Part shown: positions 24,784 through 38,073 of the stretch, piece after piece
Layout: each line of letters starts with the position of its first letter
Position numbering within the stretch: position 1 is the first letter of the stretch
Assembly (NCBI GenBank): GCA_035084275.1
Contig: CM068749.1
Coordinates: 14,322,001-14,386,000 of the forward strand
DNA: 64,000 nucleotides
Reading direction: 5' to 3'
Origin: Hydrolagus colliei
Lineage: Eukaryota
The notes under the pieces: generated by a model
The model's database searches: none
What the model was told of the DNA's origin: nothing
What the model saw: only the letters and a program-made list of their open reading frames with translations
Program-made: the position numbers and the translations under genes

Positions 24784-26009
24784 ATAGATGAAAACATCAT
24801 CAGTTGAATTTAAGAAAAATCAATTGATTGATGTTTTTGGTTTTTACCACAATCATTATTTAGTCACAATAAAAAAAATGATGGGAGCAATCGTGTTCAG
24901 CCATACATTTTGACAAATTCAGGATAAAAACTGCGCGTCAATATACAACATGTCAATCTACCTTCAGATCTTATCCCTTGCCATAATGGACTACTTTGAT
25001 CTTTTCACCTCACTAATTTCCCCTCTTGCTGAACTATTGAGTAATCCAAGCATTAGATGCTTTGGGATATTAATCCAGCATTTTATATTTGTATAGGATA
25101 TTAAACAGAAATTGCCAGAGGATCTTATAAGATGATTTGGATAGAAATATTTTAGATGCTTGGGATTGGGTGGTGGAATATATGAGCCAATAATCTTTTA
25201 CATATACATATTTATGATAGTCTACAAAGTACCATTGAATATTGTATTCTGAAAACAAATTATCTTAATTTTATATTTGCTTCTTAATTGCAAACTGTTC
25301 TGCCACTGATAAAAGCATATGCCTAATGTTGCCATTAAACTGCAGTTACTGGAATAATTATACAGCACAATCCAATGATTTACAGTGTATTTAAAAATGT
25401 GATAGAAACATTCATCATTCAATCTCCTTTTGCCTGAAGGCAAATACGAAACAGAAGCAGTAATTTCATAAACAAGTCCAATCAGGATTATTGTTTGAAA
25501 ATTTGTAGCTGTGACAACACTGCAAAGAATCATTTTCTTCCAGGTAAATAAATCCTTTGCCATGAAAATCTCTACCTATCATTGATTCTTAAGAGTTTTT
25601 TTTAAAAAATGTTAATTATAAAATTCTATTTTAGGAAATAACAAGAATTCTTTGAGAGCCAATCTGAAAATTAATACAATATCTAACTTATAAAAAGAAT
25701 CATGATCCTTATATTTGATAACCTTATCTTCAATTTGCAAAAATTAACTTGACAATTTTATAATGATATTCCTTGCATATTATACAGGACCTTATGATGT
25801 CACTGAACTACCTCAGGAGTTTTCTCTGAAGTCTAGTGACTGTGTATTTGTAAGTGAATGTTTGTTCTGTAAATACAGTACCAAATACTGATTTGTGACT
25901 ACCATTAATTTAACCTAAAATTGTGAATTATGAATCTAAAATGATTAGAAAAAGTAGAAATTATTAATAAAAAATTATGTTTTACTAGTAGTATAACATT
26001 GAACATGAA

Positions 26010-26188
26010 CATATTCAAGACTGAGATTGATGGATTTCTAAAGGATAAGGGATTAAGGGATATTGGGTATGGGACGGGTAAAAGGAATTAGGTTAGAAGA
26101 TCAGCCATGACCTTATTAAATGGTAGGGCAGACTCGAGGGGCCAAATGGCGACTCCTGCTCCTATTTCTTTTGTTCTTATTTTCTTAT
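26010..26188 (+). mobile_element. CR1 LINE 3' end
   Basis: TTCAAGACTGAGATTGATGGATTTCTA...GATCAGCCATGACCTTATTAAATGG...GGGGCCAAATGGCGACTCCTGCTCCTATTTCTT. Confidence 0.85.
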
Positions 26189-27432
26189 GAACTATAATTT
26201 CATGCAATTTCCATGAATGGCTGCAAATATTTAAGTAAATGATAAAACAAGCCAAATATTTAAAGAATTAATTTCCCAAATGCACAAAGCCTTGGTATTC
26301 TCCCCAATAATGTAGCATCAGGTTATTTCCGAATTTACATGTTTCTATGTTACTGTTTAGAAAAACGTCCTGCAGAATGCAGTTAAGTAACTGGTAATAT
26401 GGGAGGCCAATTACATTTACTTTCTGGTAACATCCCTCTTAAAGTATTTTACAGTTTGATTTTAATGATTGTTAAAAGTAATTCAATAATTAGTGCCATA
26501 TGTAGATCATGCAATGGACAACACCATCGTTGTGAGCACATGTTTGCATGATTCTATCTGGAATCTACTTTTTATAACAGCAATGTCAAATGTCAATCTG
26601 TTTCCCATCTTGATGTTAGTTGACTTTATTGTAGTTTAGCAGAAGTGGTAAACTTGTCAAAATTGGGCAAATTAAGGAGCAATTGAACAATTTTAAGACT
26701 AATTGTTGCACAAAATGAATTCCACTCAAGAAATCTACTCAAGAGCTCCTTGTTTCTCTCAAGTAGCCACTACTAACTAAGTAGACCAACTAGGCCGTTT
26801 TTTGTTTTCTCCCAATGCATTTCCTACTAACAACAAACAGCTGTATGAATTATGATGGATATAAGCAGCAAGTAGGCTGAGCAAATTAAAATCAAATCAG
26901 TGCACTGAATAGGCCAGCCAACAGCAATTGAAGGAAATGAAAGATCCATCTAGGACATTGGGATTCTAAACTTGTGCCAGTTCCTTTGTTGCAACAAAAT
27001 GCTACGTGCTTGCAAGTAGTAACTCAGATGGATAAAAACAGACAGTGACGAGAACAATAAAATATGAATTATTACTTTCAGTGGAAAGCTACACTATGTT
27101 AGAATTAGCTAAACCCAATTCTTTAATAGCTGTAAAGTCAGCATCATATCTCTGACAGAGGCAATAGTAATGAATAAGAAGAGAATATTATCTTAGGACC
27201 GTTTTCCATTTAAAACTCCAATCAATCTTGTTTAATTGTGCGTGTAATTTATTTAGCAATGCATGTACAATCATTAGAAAAGAAAGAATATTCCTCTTGT
27301 TGCAAATGTGATATAAATAAAGGCATGTTGCATTCACTGTATACGAGACAGTCACATCAGATAAATAGGGTTGGTAAAAATCAAACAGTTTTAATTATTT
27401 AATAAAAATGTTTAATGATAAAAATGTTTGAG

Positions 27433-27623
27433 TTTCGGGTCATCAGGTAACAACTGAGCTTATTTCCCACATGCTATACATGCGCACTTTTTTCAGAAAG
27501 TGGAGCAAACATAATTTCTTGTGCGCATACATTGGCAGTGCATAGGAAATTATGCTAGCATTGCTACCGATATGCGTGTATCGTGTACACGAAGTGACGT
27601 AGTAATGATCTGATGACCCAGAA
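27433..27623. mobile_element. Palindromic MITE-like element
   Basis: Outer inverted repeat GGGTCATCAG/CTGATGACCC and inner inverted repeat CATAATTTCTTGTGC/GCATAGGAAATTATG around a common centre. Confidence 0.6.
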
Positions 27624-27824
27624 GTTGATCATTATTGTACTAGGAATCAAACAATAAAAAAAAATCTAAAAATAAATCTATTGTATTAATGAAAATTCCA
27701 TTTGTGTTAGTTGGGGAATGGCAACAAAAAACAATGAATACTGATATTTACTGAATTTATCGAATCCAGGAAAGCCACCAGATTAAGTTTTTAATGCATA
27801 AAGTATTTAATGTGTCATCTTAAC

Positions 27825-28280
27825 ACACAGTCAATTTACTTTGTAATATATTTTGTGAAGCGCTTTGAGATGTCTAGAAGATGTAATTAAGGTGCTATAT
27901 TAAATGCAAGGATTATTATTATTATTTTGCGCTTTGCAAATTTGCAAAATGAAAACCTGATTGAATTGTATAAGATTGATATGATCCCTACAATGGTCAC
28001 TATAAATATACAAAGTGAATTCTGTGATGTGCTTTGAGATGTTCTCCCAACGTGAAGGTGGTATATCAAATGCAAGGATTATTATTTTTGTCGTTATTGT
28101 ATCTCTTGGAATTTCCTTAAGAATGTTTTAGAATAATCACATTTGTGATTTGGAATACATCTTTAATATTCTTCAAATACATATTCATTTTTAATAACAA
28201 TACTAATCCTTGCATTTAATATAGTGCCTTTCATGTCAGGATAACATCTCAAAGGGCTTCACAGGATTTACTGTCATTGT
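27825..28280. mobile_element. Cluster of three SINE/L2-type 3' tails (two plus, one minus)
   Basis: GCTTTGAGATGT...AAATGCAAGGATTATTATT at about 27860-27925 and 28030-28090; reverse copy at about 28200-28275. Confidence 0.75.
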
Positions 28281-29814
28281 ACTCGTTTGGTTGAGATTAG
28301 TTTACTCAGGAAATCAGGCCAGAGACCTTCCTTCTTTTTATGGCTAAATTACTAACAGAATAAAGACTTGGATTAGATTCAATAGTGCTTAAAATGCGAG
28401 CTATCTGTAATTACTAGTCTTCCTGATATAATAACAGTGAATTCAGTGACCAAGTAATTGAAATTTGTTTAAAGCAAACTTGTTTTTCCTTCTTCAGATC
28501 TATAAGGATCATCGTCTTAAAATAATCTGTTTCAATGGTTCACGGTTTTCCAGATGTGCTCCCAGCTTGTACCCTGAGAGTGTTCTGGTGAATTTCAAGA
28601 CCAGTTGTGACATAAGCAACCCCAATACACACTGGGTTTGAAATAATAAACGTCTAAAGTAGCAAAATCTAATAAACATAAGATTTAGTTTCTGAACGTT
28701 TGGTCCCATCAAGAGCGCCCATTGTGATTTCCCATAACAGTTTATCAGTTGACTTTAACTGTTATAAGCATAGCCTCATAGATTTACATTGCATTTTCCC
28801 TTAGCCTTTCAACAATAATTTTGCTCCTGGCAAGGTGACCGAAAATCAATCACACCTGAATGAATAGCTGAAAGCCCACTGACTGAAGGCTATCCAGTTT
28901 TCAGCAGCTTTACTTTTTACTATAAGGATCACATATTACTCATGCTGCTCTGAACAAGGGAGAACAAACAATCTCAGTTGTCCAATTCACTTAATTGAGC
29001 CTGATAACTAACCACATTTTTGTTGCAAACTTTTACTTGGCTTTGACGTTATTTGCTTTAGAAAATTAGGCAGCAAACCATTGTGATTCGAACAATTGTA
29101 AATGTGACTGAAATAAATAAACTCTTATTTTTTCTCCTTCAAGTTTTTCTCCTGAAGGTACTTTGGCAGACTTTACTCCTTTTGGGATTCAGTTCTAAAG
29201 ACAACCTCCGGTATTTGTGAGTGCACTGTAACAAGTGAGTAAAATGAATTAAATAGCTTAAAGTTATTTGGAGGTTTGTTTTAAAAGTAATCGATAGAAA
29301 ATGTAAAGGTGAAATACATATTTGAACTTTGAAGAAAACAATGAGAAGACTAAAGAGTGGAGGAAATCAATGCAGAAACGTGATAGGAAGGTGAGTAGCA
29401 GAATGAGGGAATGGCACGCACAGCCTGTCTGTTTACTTACCAAAGAATTTCTAAGGATTAATTCTGCAGTGCTGAGCTGTGTCTAATGCAAGTTTCTGAC
29501 ATTTTCAGTATATTTATCCTTTCCTTACTCCGAGCATAATTTAATAATACAGTAGCAGGGAAATAAATACATCAAAAACATCTATTCATTAAAAGAAAAC
29601 TGAATCTCATTATTTCTTTCTACAGCAGACCATTTATATTATATTGCCCTCAGTTTCTGTTCTGTTGTTTTTCATAAAACGGAAAGGCTGCTTGCTGTTG
29701 TATTTACACTAACAAAGTCCCTTTGAAAATAAATCATTTGGGCATATTTGCAAACAGACTTTTCAAAGTGCTGCTATTGTGGTTATTTCAACTTACTCCG
29801 TTTATTTTTTCTAG

Positions 29815-30000
29815 AGACAGAAACAGGCCATTCAGCCCAACTAGTTTGTGTCGGTGTTTAAACTTCACATGAGTCTCCACCCACTCCTTCCTTCATTCTA
29901 TTTCCTTCTCCCTCATGTATGCACCTGGCTTCCTCCAAAGTGCCCTTACTCTAACTGATTTATCCACCGCTTCAGGCAGCGAGTTCCACATTCTTACTAA
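29815..30000 (-). mobile_element. CR1 LINE 3' end
   Basis: ACAGAAACAGGCCATTCAGCCCAAC...CAGGCAGCGAGTTCCACATTCTTAC. Confidence 0.75.
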
Positions 30001-31699
30001 GTTATGCATAAACTTGCTCCTTAGAGAATTTAGTAGGCCTCTTTTACCAAGAGATAACTGCAGATGAGGAAGAGATCCTCAGCTAGTTCATCATAATCTG
30101 TAGGGTATAAAGTCTATGATCCTATGTTACAAGAAGTAAGGGCAGATCTTCACAAAAGGATGAGGCAAACCATTCCTGTATTTACATTTCACTATCAATG
30201 ATCATCAAGAATGAAAGGCCCCTGTGGGGCCTTTCCTTAGACATAACAACAATGGCCCCTGTGGCCCACAGGAGCCCCATTTGAGCCCCTGGTATTATGA
30301 AGTCTCTTCACAATTTTACAGTCTTCATGATTTGTTTATTTCAACCGCCTGAAGAATGTAGCAGCCTTTTTGAATGCAAATAAGGAGGAAAGGGAGCGGG
30401 TTGAAAGCATTAACTAGATTTATATGATTATGCTGGCAGTACATGTAATTAGACCCTCTATAGATCATAAGCCAATCTAACACAACTACTGTATTTGATT
30501 GCACGTCAGTTATGTTTTGTTTATATATGGTGAATTAGATGATTTGCATAAAATCCTACTTAACTGGGGCAGTTTCATTCAAAGGGCACATAAGACGGTT
30601 GGGATAATGGTTGAATATTTAGCTTTGACTCAAGGTTACAAAGAATCAGCAAGCAAAGTAGCTGTAAACTGAAATGGAGAGAAATTCTGAAAAGAAAATT
30701 TCCCAGAAATAGTTGCTAAGGTAACTACTTAATGACAGATTTTCATGATGATTCTGATTCTGAGTGATTCTTGATTTGTATGCCTTAAGAGTGTGTTATG
30801 TTTTCCTTAGACATAACAACAATCACCTACCACTTCTCAATCTGGAGAGGAATTGCATTGTACTACGACCAATAAATTGCAGAACATTTTTTAGGAGAAG
30901 GTGGCAGCAGAAATATTTATTACTAGTGGCAGAAATTAATAATTACCATGAAGTAAATGAATGTTACTGCAGCTCAGGATCTCACCTCTAGGAATAAAGA
31001 CTAGGAATAAATAATTTGTCCCAACACCAACTCCTCTACTTTACTTGGTTGACCTTGGTTTAATGTCAGTATGTTACATTTGCAACATCACACCCCAGGT
31101 TTCATTCTCACAACAAAGGTAAAAGCACCCACCGAATGAAGCACATTTAATATGTACAGTACTTTATCTTTTTACAGGGACATAATGTACCAAGTAACAT
31201 TCCCCACTTCAATATGCAAGCGCAATGAATGCAACATCATTGGGAGCAATCCAATTTGTGTTCAAATCTACATTTTGAGTGAAAGGTATCGACAAGTCAG
31301 AGGGATCTTGGCAGTAACGCCGCATATGAGTACAGAGTAGTTGGTAATGAAGCTCACCTCAGGCTTTAAGACCTTATTTGTTGAGCTCACTCCACCAAGT
31401 CCATGCCAAAGTTTTGAATACCAGGGACGTTGTCAAAACTGCTCCTAAAATTGCACAGCAGAAGAATTCAGTAAAATAATTAGGTCACATGAGTGACAGT
31501 CCAAATTGCCAGTCCAAATTAAAAGATCCATGCTTTTTAAATGCAACATGGTAAATGACTAATTTTGTATTTCTGAATGGAATGCCTTATTGAGGAATAA
31601 ATCACACAGTTATCATAAGCGATTCCTTCTGATAACTGTAAGTAATACATGTTCATCTGAGGCCAATGGAAACTCTACTCTGATATGGTCAGAGTATGT

Positions 31700-32130
31700 C
31701 AGCTGTCAGTTTGACTCAGGTGATGACACTCTCTCTGAAAGTTGTAGATTCAAACCCCGCAACAGGACTTTAAATTCACAGTCTAGGCTTCCAGTCAACC
31801 ACAGTCCTGGGGGAATGTTGCATTGTCACAGATGCCTCCTTTGGACAAAGAAATACGTTAAATTGACATCCCATCTGACTGTTCAGGTGGCTGTTAAAGA
31901 TCCCATGACCCTATTCAAAAAGAAAAGGGAGTTTTCTCCCTGTGTCTTGGCCAACATTCTTCCAGACAAAAAATAGATTTTTCACTTAATGGGACATTGC
32001 TATGTGAAAATCAGCTGCACCATTTGCCTAACACAGTCAATATATTTTTTAAGTAAATCCTGTGAAATGATTTGAGAAGTCTTGACGATGTGATAAGGTG
32101 CTATATCAATTGCAAGGATTACCATTATTT
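31700..32130 (+). mobile_element. Old Deu-domain SINE (SacSINE1-like), near full length
   Basis: Decayed tRNA head, GTTCAGGTGGCTGTTAAAGATCCCATGACCCTATTC...TGTCTTGGCCAACATT Deu core, L2-type tail; explains the 128-aa ORF. Confidence 0.75.
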
Positions 32131-34261
32131 ATTATTATTTAATATGTCAGTGGAGTGTGACCTTGAATCGTTCTTCAATGACATTTTGAAATGTACATTC
32201 CCAGAGGCAACACAGTTTTTGTTAAAAAAAACATACAGTATCAAGTTAATAATGAGAAACTCTGGTCCTAGCAATCAATTACCATTATATGACTCTCAAA
32301 TTTCAGATATTTACTGGGTAAAAAAATTCTTTCCTCAGATATTTACTTTATTGGATTTCATTTCTATTTAAATATAGTGCAACTATATTTGCACTAAATA
32401 TAGTCCAACTATATTTATAATGCAAAATTGAACTTCTGTAAATTGTTAAAGCTGTTAAATTATTTTCAGTGATGAATATGCTTTGCAATTGTCCTTGATC
32501 ATAAAAATCTAGTTAACACCAGGTACTCGGTTTGATTATGTATTCAAGATATTTATCAAGCTATTGAAGTGTAATGCTTTAATCTGAGTTCACTGTTGGA
32601 TGATGACCTCTGAGAGCCTATGTTAGGAACCATGAACACCTGTATTAGCTTGTACTGAAGTACTTACTCTTGAATAACACATATTTTGAGTATTGTATCA
32701 TTTTTTCTAAATATTGGGCACTTCCAATTCCAACTACAAACTAACAAACGATTTTACGCAGGTCTTTGTGAATCACATAGCACATTAATGAGGGAAAATC
32801 CATGGTCTGAACGTTTCATTACATGGGTTATTGAGTGGAAAGGTGCATGGAACTAAAACGCCTGTGGAATAAGAATCAGATGAGATAGCATTCCTTCATG
32901 AGTTAAAACATTAGTGAAAAGAAAGTTCCATAAAATCACTATTTCATTACATCTTTTTGACTTTGTAAATTCAAAACTCTTTGAGGAAGTATCCGTTTGT
33001 CCTGTCTTTATTTGCTCTGAAGATGACCTCACTGAAGTTTGTCATTTGTTCCAGATTTTATAGGATGAGAACCCCCAACGCTTCAGTCATGTAATACTCA
33101 TCATATTATCCAATCATTCCAGCACATTACATGAGTTCTTTAACTACAACATAAATCAAATGAAAACTGAAGAGCAGATACAAAACTCAAACTAGAGCCA
33201 TCCATTTATAATTAGTCTGTCTTTCAATGTGTTCAAATACCTAAGGCAAGATAATTTTTTGTGTGTTTAAAACCTTGTAAGTACAACATTATATTGATCC
33301 ATTACTTTAACTGATGGCTTCTCGATCTCTTTTTTTCTAAATATCATCATGGGAGAATACTGTATGGAGTGCGACCGACTGCATCTGATTGACATAGACT
33401 GACCATATATTATGTCCAACCAATAGTTTGATTAGATAGTTAAGTGCAAAAGAGAGAAAAATATCCATTCTAATAACCCATTGTCCCTTGCCTAGATTAA
33501 GCTTTTAAAAGTTTTCTAAAGATTCTCTGTTTAACACTACAAATATTTAGAAGGTTTTTTTCAGTTCAGTTGCTAAAATGGTAAAGCAATGAGTTGAACA
33601 TAATATCCCAGAAAACGTGCCATAATTTACAATGGCTATTTAACTTAACATTACTTAACAGAATTATCTTAGCAGTGAAAGTGGATTCGTGCAACTCACT
33701 TAAGAAATAAGCAACAATGTCTTGCAGCACTACTTATTTCGCTGTTAGTTTAGTGAGTTGCATCCATCTGAAATTTGAAACAACTAAAAGTGAGAGCCAC
33801 CATAACTTTAAATGTCCAATGTAACTTCAACCCCTCCCCACCAGTGTTATTATTAGTTCTAATTAAATTTGTCACAAATTCTCTGTTGTACTTTGAAAGT
33901 GAATTCAGTCTCACAGGATTACACTGTGAACCATCCAATCATTTAATACTGTGAAGAGAAGCCTGAATACTAAGGTGGACACAAAAGTTAGATTCTTCTC
34001 CGTTGGAGAACCCAAAGTTTCCACAAGAAAATGATCCTCTCATCAATGCATCAAGCTGCTTTTTAAATGCGCCCAGCGCCTGGCCTGACTGGCTATCTGT
34101 TCTGATATTGCGTTTTCGAACTCTAAATGTGTGTCACCTCTTGTTCTAATCTTGTTCCACTCTATCGATATTGTAACAAAACACACCCTAAGATACTGCT
34201 CTACACATCACAGGTCGACATAGAACACAATATTTGATCATCTTTAAGAAGATTTGAACAG

Positions 34262-35010
34262 TTTCAGTGGAGGCAATATAGACTAGATAATACAATTTTA
34301 AAGGGTGTGAAGGAACAGAGAGACCTGGGGATTTGTGTTAGTGACTCTTTGAAAGTGGCAGGACAGGTAAACAAAGCCGTTAAGAAGGCATATGGGATAC
34401 TAGGCTTTATAAATAGGGGTATAGAGTACAAAAGTCAGGAAGTGCTGATTAACCTCTATAAGGTTAATAGAGGCTATTATTAAGGCCTCAGATGGAGTAC
34501 TGTGTACAATTCTAGTCACCACACTTTAAAAAGGATATTTAGGCATTGGAAAGGGTGCAGAGGAGATTTACTAGGATGGTACCTGGAATGAGGGACTTCA
34601 GCTACCAGGAAAGGCTAGATAGGCTAGGATTATTCTCTCTGGAACAAAGATTGAGAGGAGACCTAATAGAGGTTTATAAGATTGAAAGGTTTCGACAGGG
34701 TGAATAGGAAAAGACTGTTTCCACTGATGAGCAAATCAGTGACTCGTGGTCACAGATTTAAAATAGTTTCAAAACGAAGCAGAGGGGAGCTGAGGAGAAA
34801 TTGTTTCACTCAGCAGGTTGTTTGAATCTGGAATGCATTGCCTGAAAAGGTGGTGGAGGCAGATTCCATAACATCTTTTAAAAGGAAACTAGATCTTTAT
34901 TTAGGAAAAGCTGGTCTGTTAGATTATGGGGAGAAAGCTGGGCAGTGGGATTGTTCAAAAACTGGATGGGCCGAATGGCCTCCTTTTGTGCCGCATAATT
35001 CTATGATCTT
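34262..35010 (+). mobile_element. CR1 LINE, 5'-truncated (ORF2 C-terminus and 3' UTR)
   Basis: Translates YRLDNTILKGVKEQRDLGICVSDSLKVAGQVNKAVKKAYGILGFINRGIEYKS...LPEKVVEADSITSFKRKLDLYL; ends GGGCCGAATGGCCTCCTTTTGTGCCGCATAATTCTATGA; carries stops and frameshifts. Confidence 0.95.
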
Positions 35011-36382
35011 ACGATCAGTGTGATTTTATATTGTGCATGCTGTAGTGAATTATTGCAGTGTTGGCAATGATTCACCATTAAATGGTCTGCATAAATCAAT
35101 GGGTCAACCAAGGTGATTTTGCTGGAGCCCTGCTTATGACACCATCTGGAGGAGCCCAGTTCAATTGAGCGTTGCTTCTACATGCCCATGCACCCCCTCT
35201 GAAAACTCAGTTATTTCAATAGATACCCAACAACATACAGGGCTTTTTGTGTTGTTGTTGTACAATTGACTCTGACTCTTTTAGCATTAATAAAAACTGA
35301 TTTCAGAATTATATATAAATTATATACACTGCACCACTCTACCGCTGAAAACAATTGTTCACTTTTAGCTGTATAAACGCAGCTTGGCTGTTTCTATCTA
35401 TGGCACAGAAGAAAGAAAATTATTGTTTTAGAACTGCTATAGCAACTCAGTGAAAAGTAAAATATCGAAGAAATGACTGCGCATCAAGGGAATAACAAGT
35501 GTTAACTATGGGGAATTAACTTTCACAAATGAAAAGAGAAGGAATCTATAAGGTAGTTCAATGAGGTGATACAGTGGTATACTGCATTTGATGTAGAATT
35601 TTGCAGGTCAAACTGATGTCTCAAAGAGCTCTAGCACTCCTAGAAAAATATTCAGTATTCAGTGCTGCTTGAAAATGTTAGGGAAACTCTTGATCATTAT
35701 CCTGTATCATTCGATCTGATGTTATGAGACAGGTAGGAACAAGACATAAGCAAATAGATATATGAGATTCAGGAAAGTTGATGTTAAACCCACGAGGAAC
35801 AAAGTCAGAAGGAAAAAGTGTGGAACTATCCTTGAGGGGGAAAAATACCAGTCAAAAACATAAGACTTGAAAGAACATATTGAAAAAGATGTAAATTAAA
35901 TATACCACACAGAAGCAAAAGAATATCATTAAATCTAAATGATTAAAGGATGAAAGTTGAGTATAGTATATATGAAGAACAGATATTTTTTAAATGATCT
36001 AAGGAACTTGGGTAAGAGGAAGACCAGACAAATTAAAATTGCTAAAAGGATAGTCCAGTGTGGAAAGACTGGACTAGGAAGCAATCCTTGGCCACTATTT
36101 TTGTTTAAAGGGAAATAAACAGTGGTCCATTTGCTGAGGAGCAAATGGACCACTGCGAGAAAGAAGATGGTGGGAGAATAGGACATGCAGAAATATTTAT
36201 AGCACTTTATCATGTTGAAATATTTCAGTGAGTTTCACAATTACTGTTGGTTAGTGATTGTTCCTGTGGGAAAACATGGCAGTCATTTGCCTTGCCTTGA
36301 GACAGATGAACAATTAACTTAGTGTGCAGGTAGCCCCCAAATAATCAGGATTCAATTGTAAGTTTTAACAGCAAGTGTCATA

Positions 36383-36600
36383 GCAGGGCATCACAGCTGA
36401 ACTCTTACCTTTACCTCACCTGACAGTCATTAACTTAGGAGTGTAAGCCCTGCCTCTTGATTTCCCCTCCTTCAGTCTGTGTGCTAAGGCCAATTATAAT
36501 GTGCCTATTGATTATCCAATCTGAGGTCAACTAACTCAGCTCAGTGGTGACTGTATGCAATGAGACAATTCCCATCATATATGGTTTATTTAATCACTGA
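36383..36600 (-). mobile_element. Ancient AmnSINE2-like SINE
   Basis: GGGCATCACAGCTGA, TGATTTCCCCTCC, GCTAAGGCCAATTATA, CTGAGGTCAACTAACTCAGC. Confidence 0.55.
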
Positions 36601-37897
36601 ACAAGGTATTTGAGACATCACAAGAACATACCTGAGATCTTAGAGAAAATAGAGATGAGTAATGAAATGGTGATTTAACAATAATGAAACTTTAATGTTC
36701 ATAAGGCAACGACAGATGGAATGAACTCAATACTACTCAGGCAATGAGGATAGAAGCAAAGATTGTTAAAATGGGCTTAATAAAAAATGATGGAGAACCA
36801 GAAGACCAAATTAGTCAGGTTCAGTGAATAAAATATTTATGAGATACACCTCATAAAATGCTTTTTTCTGCAAAGGTATTTTAAATTGGCATATAATTGA
36901 TCTTTAACCTGTTGCGGTTACAAATCAAGCGTAATCTGTTCATTCAGCTGAAACAAAAACATCATGGTGCTTAGTTTATTTCTAAAATGCTGGTGGATGG
37001 TAGCAGTCACATTTAGCAAGTAAAATATGAGATTATTAAAAAAACTGGCTGGAAAAACTCACAACTGCACAAAGCAGGCTGCTAAAATTGATGCAATGAA
37101 GGCCTGATGCCGTTTAATAAGCAGTTTGTATATGAATCCTTCAGCATGAAACAATAAATGCAAATAAAAATGATTCAGTCAAGAGCAAAAGATTCGATTT
37201 TTGAATATCCTTCACTGCTGCTAAAACAAAGTGTGTTAAATTGCATAATAAATACAGTCCTTGTTGCTGCTGATGGGGTTTGCAAGGATGGTTTGAGAAT
37301 GTGTATTGTATTTTAAAGACTTTTAGCATAAGTTGTGACTAATTAGAATTGCTTTGTGTCTATTTATAGTATTTAATTAAACAGAAATTCCCATTTGTCA
37401 AGAGAGTGCAAGGCAATAAGTGAAGAAATAAAGCTTGCACTCAGACTTTGCATTTAATCAAAGTGTATGAGCTGTTTATTGCTGAGGATGTTCCCTCAAA
37501 TGGAAGTTATTGCTATTATATGATATTAGGATTTAAGTTTGTGAAGTCTGAAGACCCGAGCAAGTCTGAAATTAAAATACGTTAGTGGAGATTACTATTT
37601 CATGATGTTGCATAGTAATGTGACACAACATCCTTATTGTACTTGGGTTATGAGTCTGGTTAGCCTATCATGAATTAACATCAAGCTATCACTGACTGCA
37701 ATTACGTTGTGCAGTATAATTTTTAAAGAGTGCATTAGTGATCATGATTAAACCTGTAAATAAAAATGGGAGGGGGACATGATGAAGTGGAAGGATAGGC
37801 AGATATTTCCCTCCTAATGGTCATAATGACCATAATTAAGGACATGGGAGTGGCAGATACAACCTTATTACTGAACACAGCTTAAGTCACAATTTTC

Positions 37898-38073
37898 CTC
37901 TATGTGTATGTCTCTCTCTCCCCTCTCTGTATGTGAGTGTATGTATATCTCTCAGTGATTGTGTGTCTAGCGTGTCTGTGAGTTTCTTTGTCTGTCTCTC
38001 TGAGGTGCCTGTGAGTGTTTTTCTCTTTCTGTCGGTTTGTCTTTCTTACTCTGTGTCTCTCTCTGTGTCTGTG
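37898..38073. repeat. Degenerate (TC)/(TG) low-complexity microsatellite
   Basis: Alternating TCTCTC and TGTGTG runs. Confidence 0.85.

Noticed and set aside
27431-27446. Minus-strand CTGATGACCCGAAAC resembling a hammerhead ribozyme core
   Set aside because: No stem III with a GUH cleavage triplet follows; it is the arm of the palindromic element
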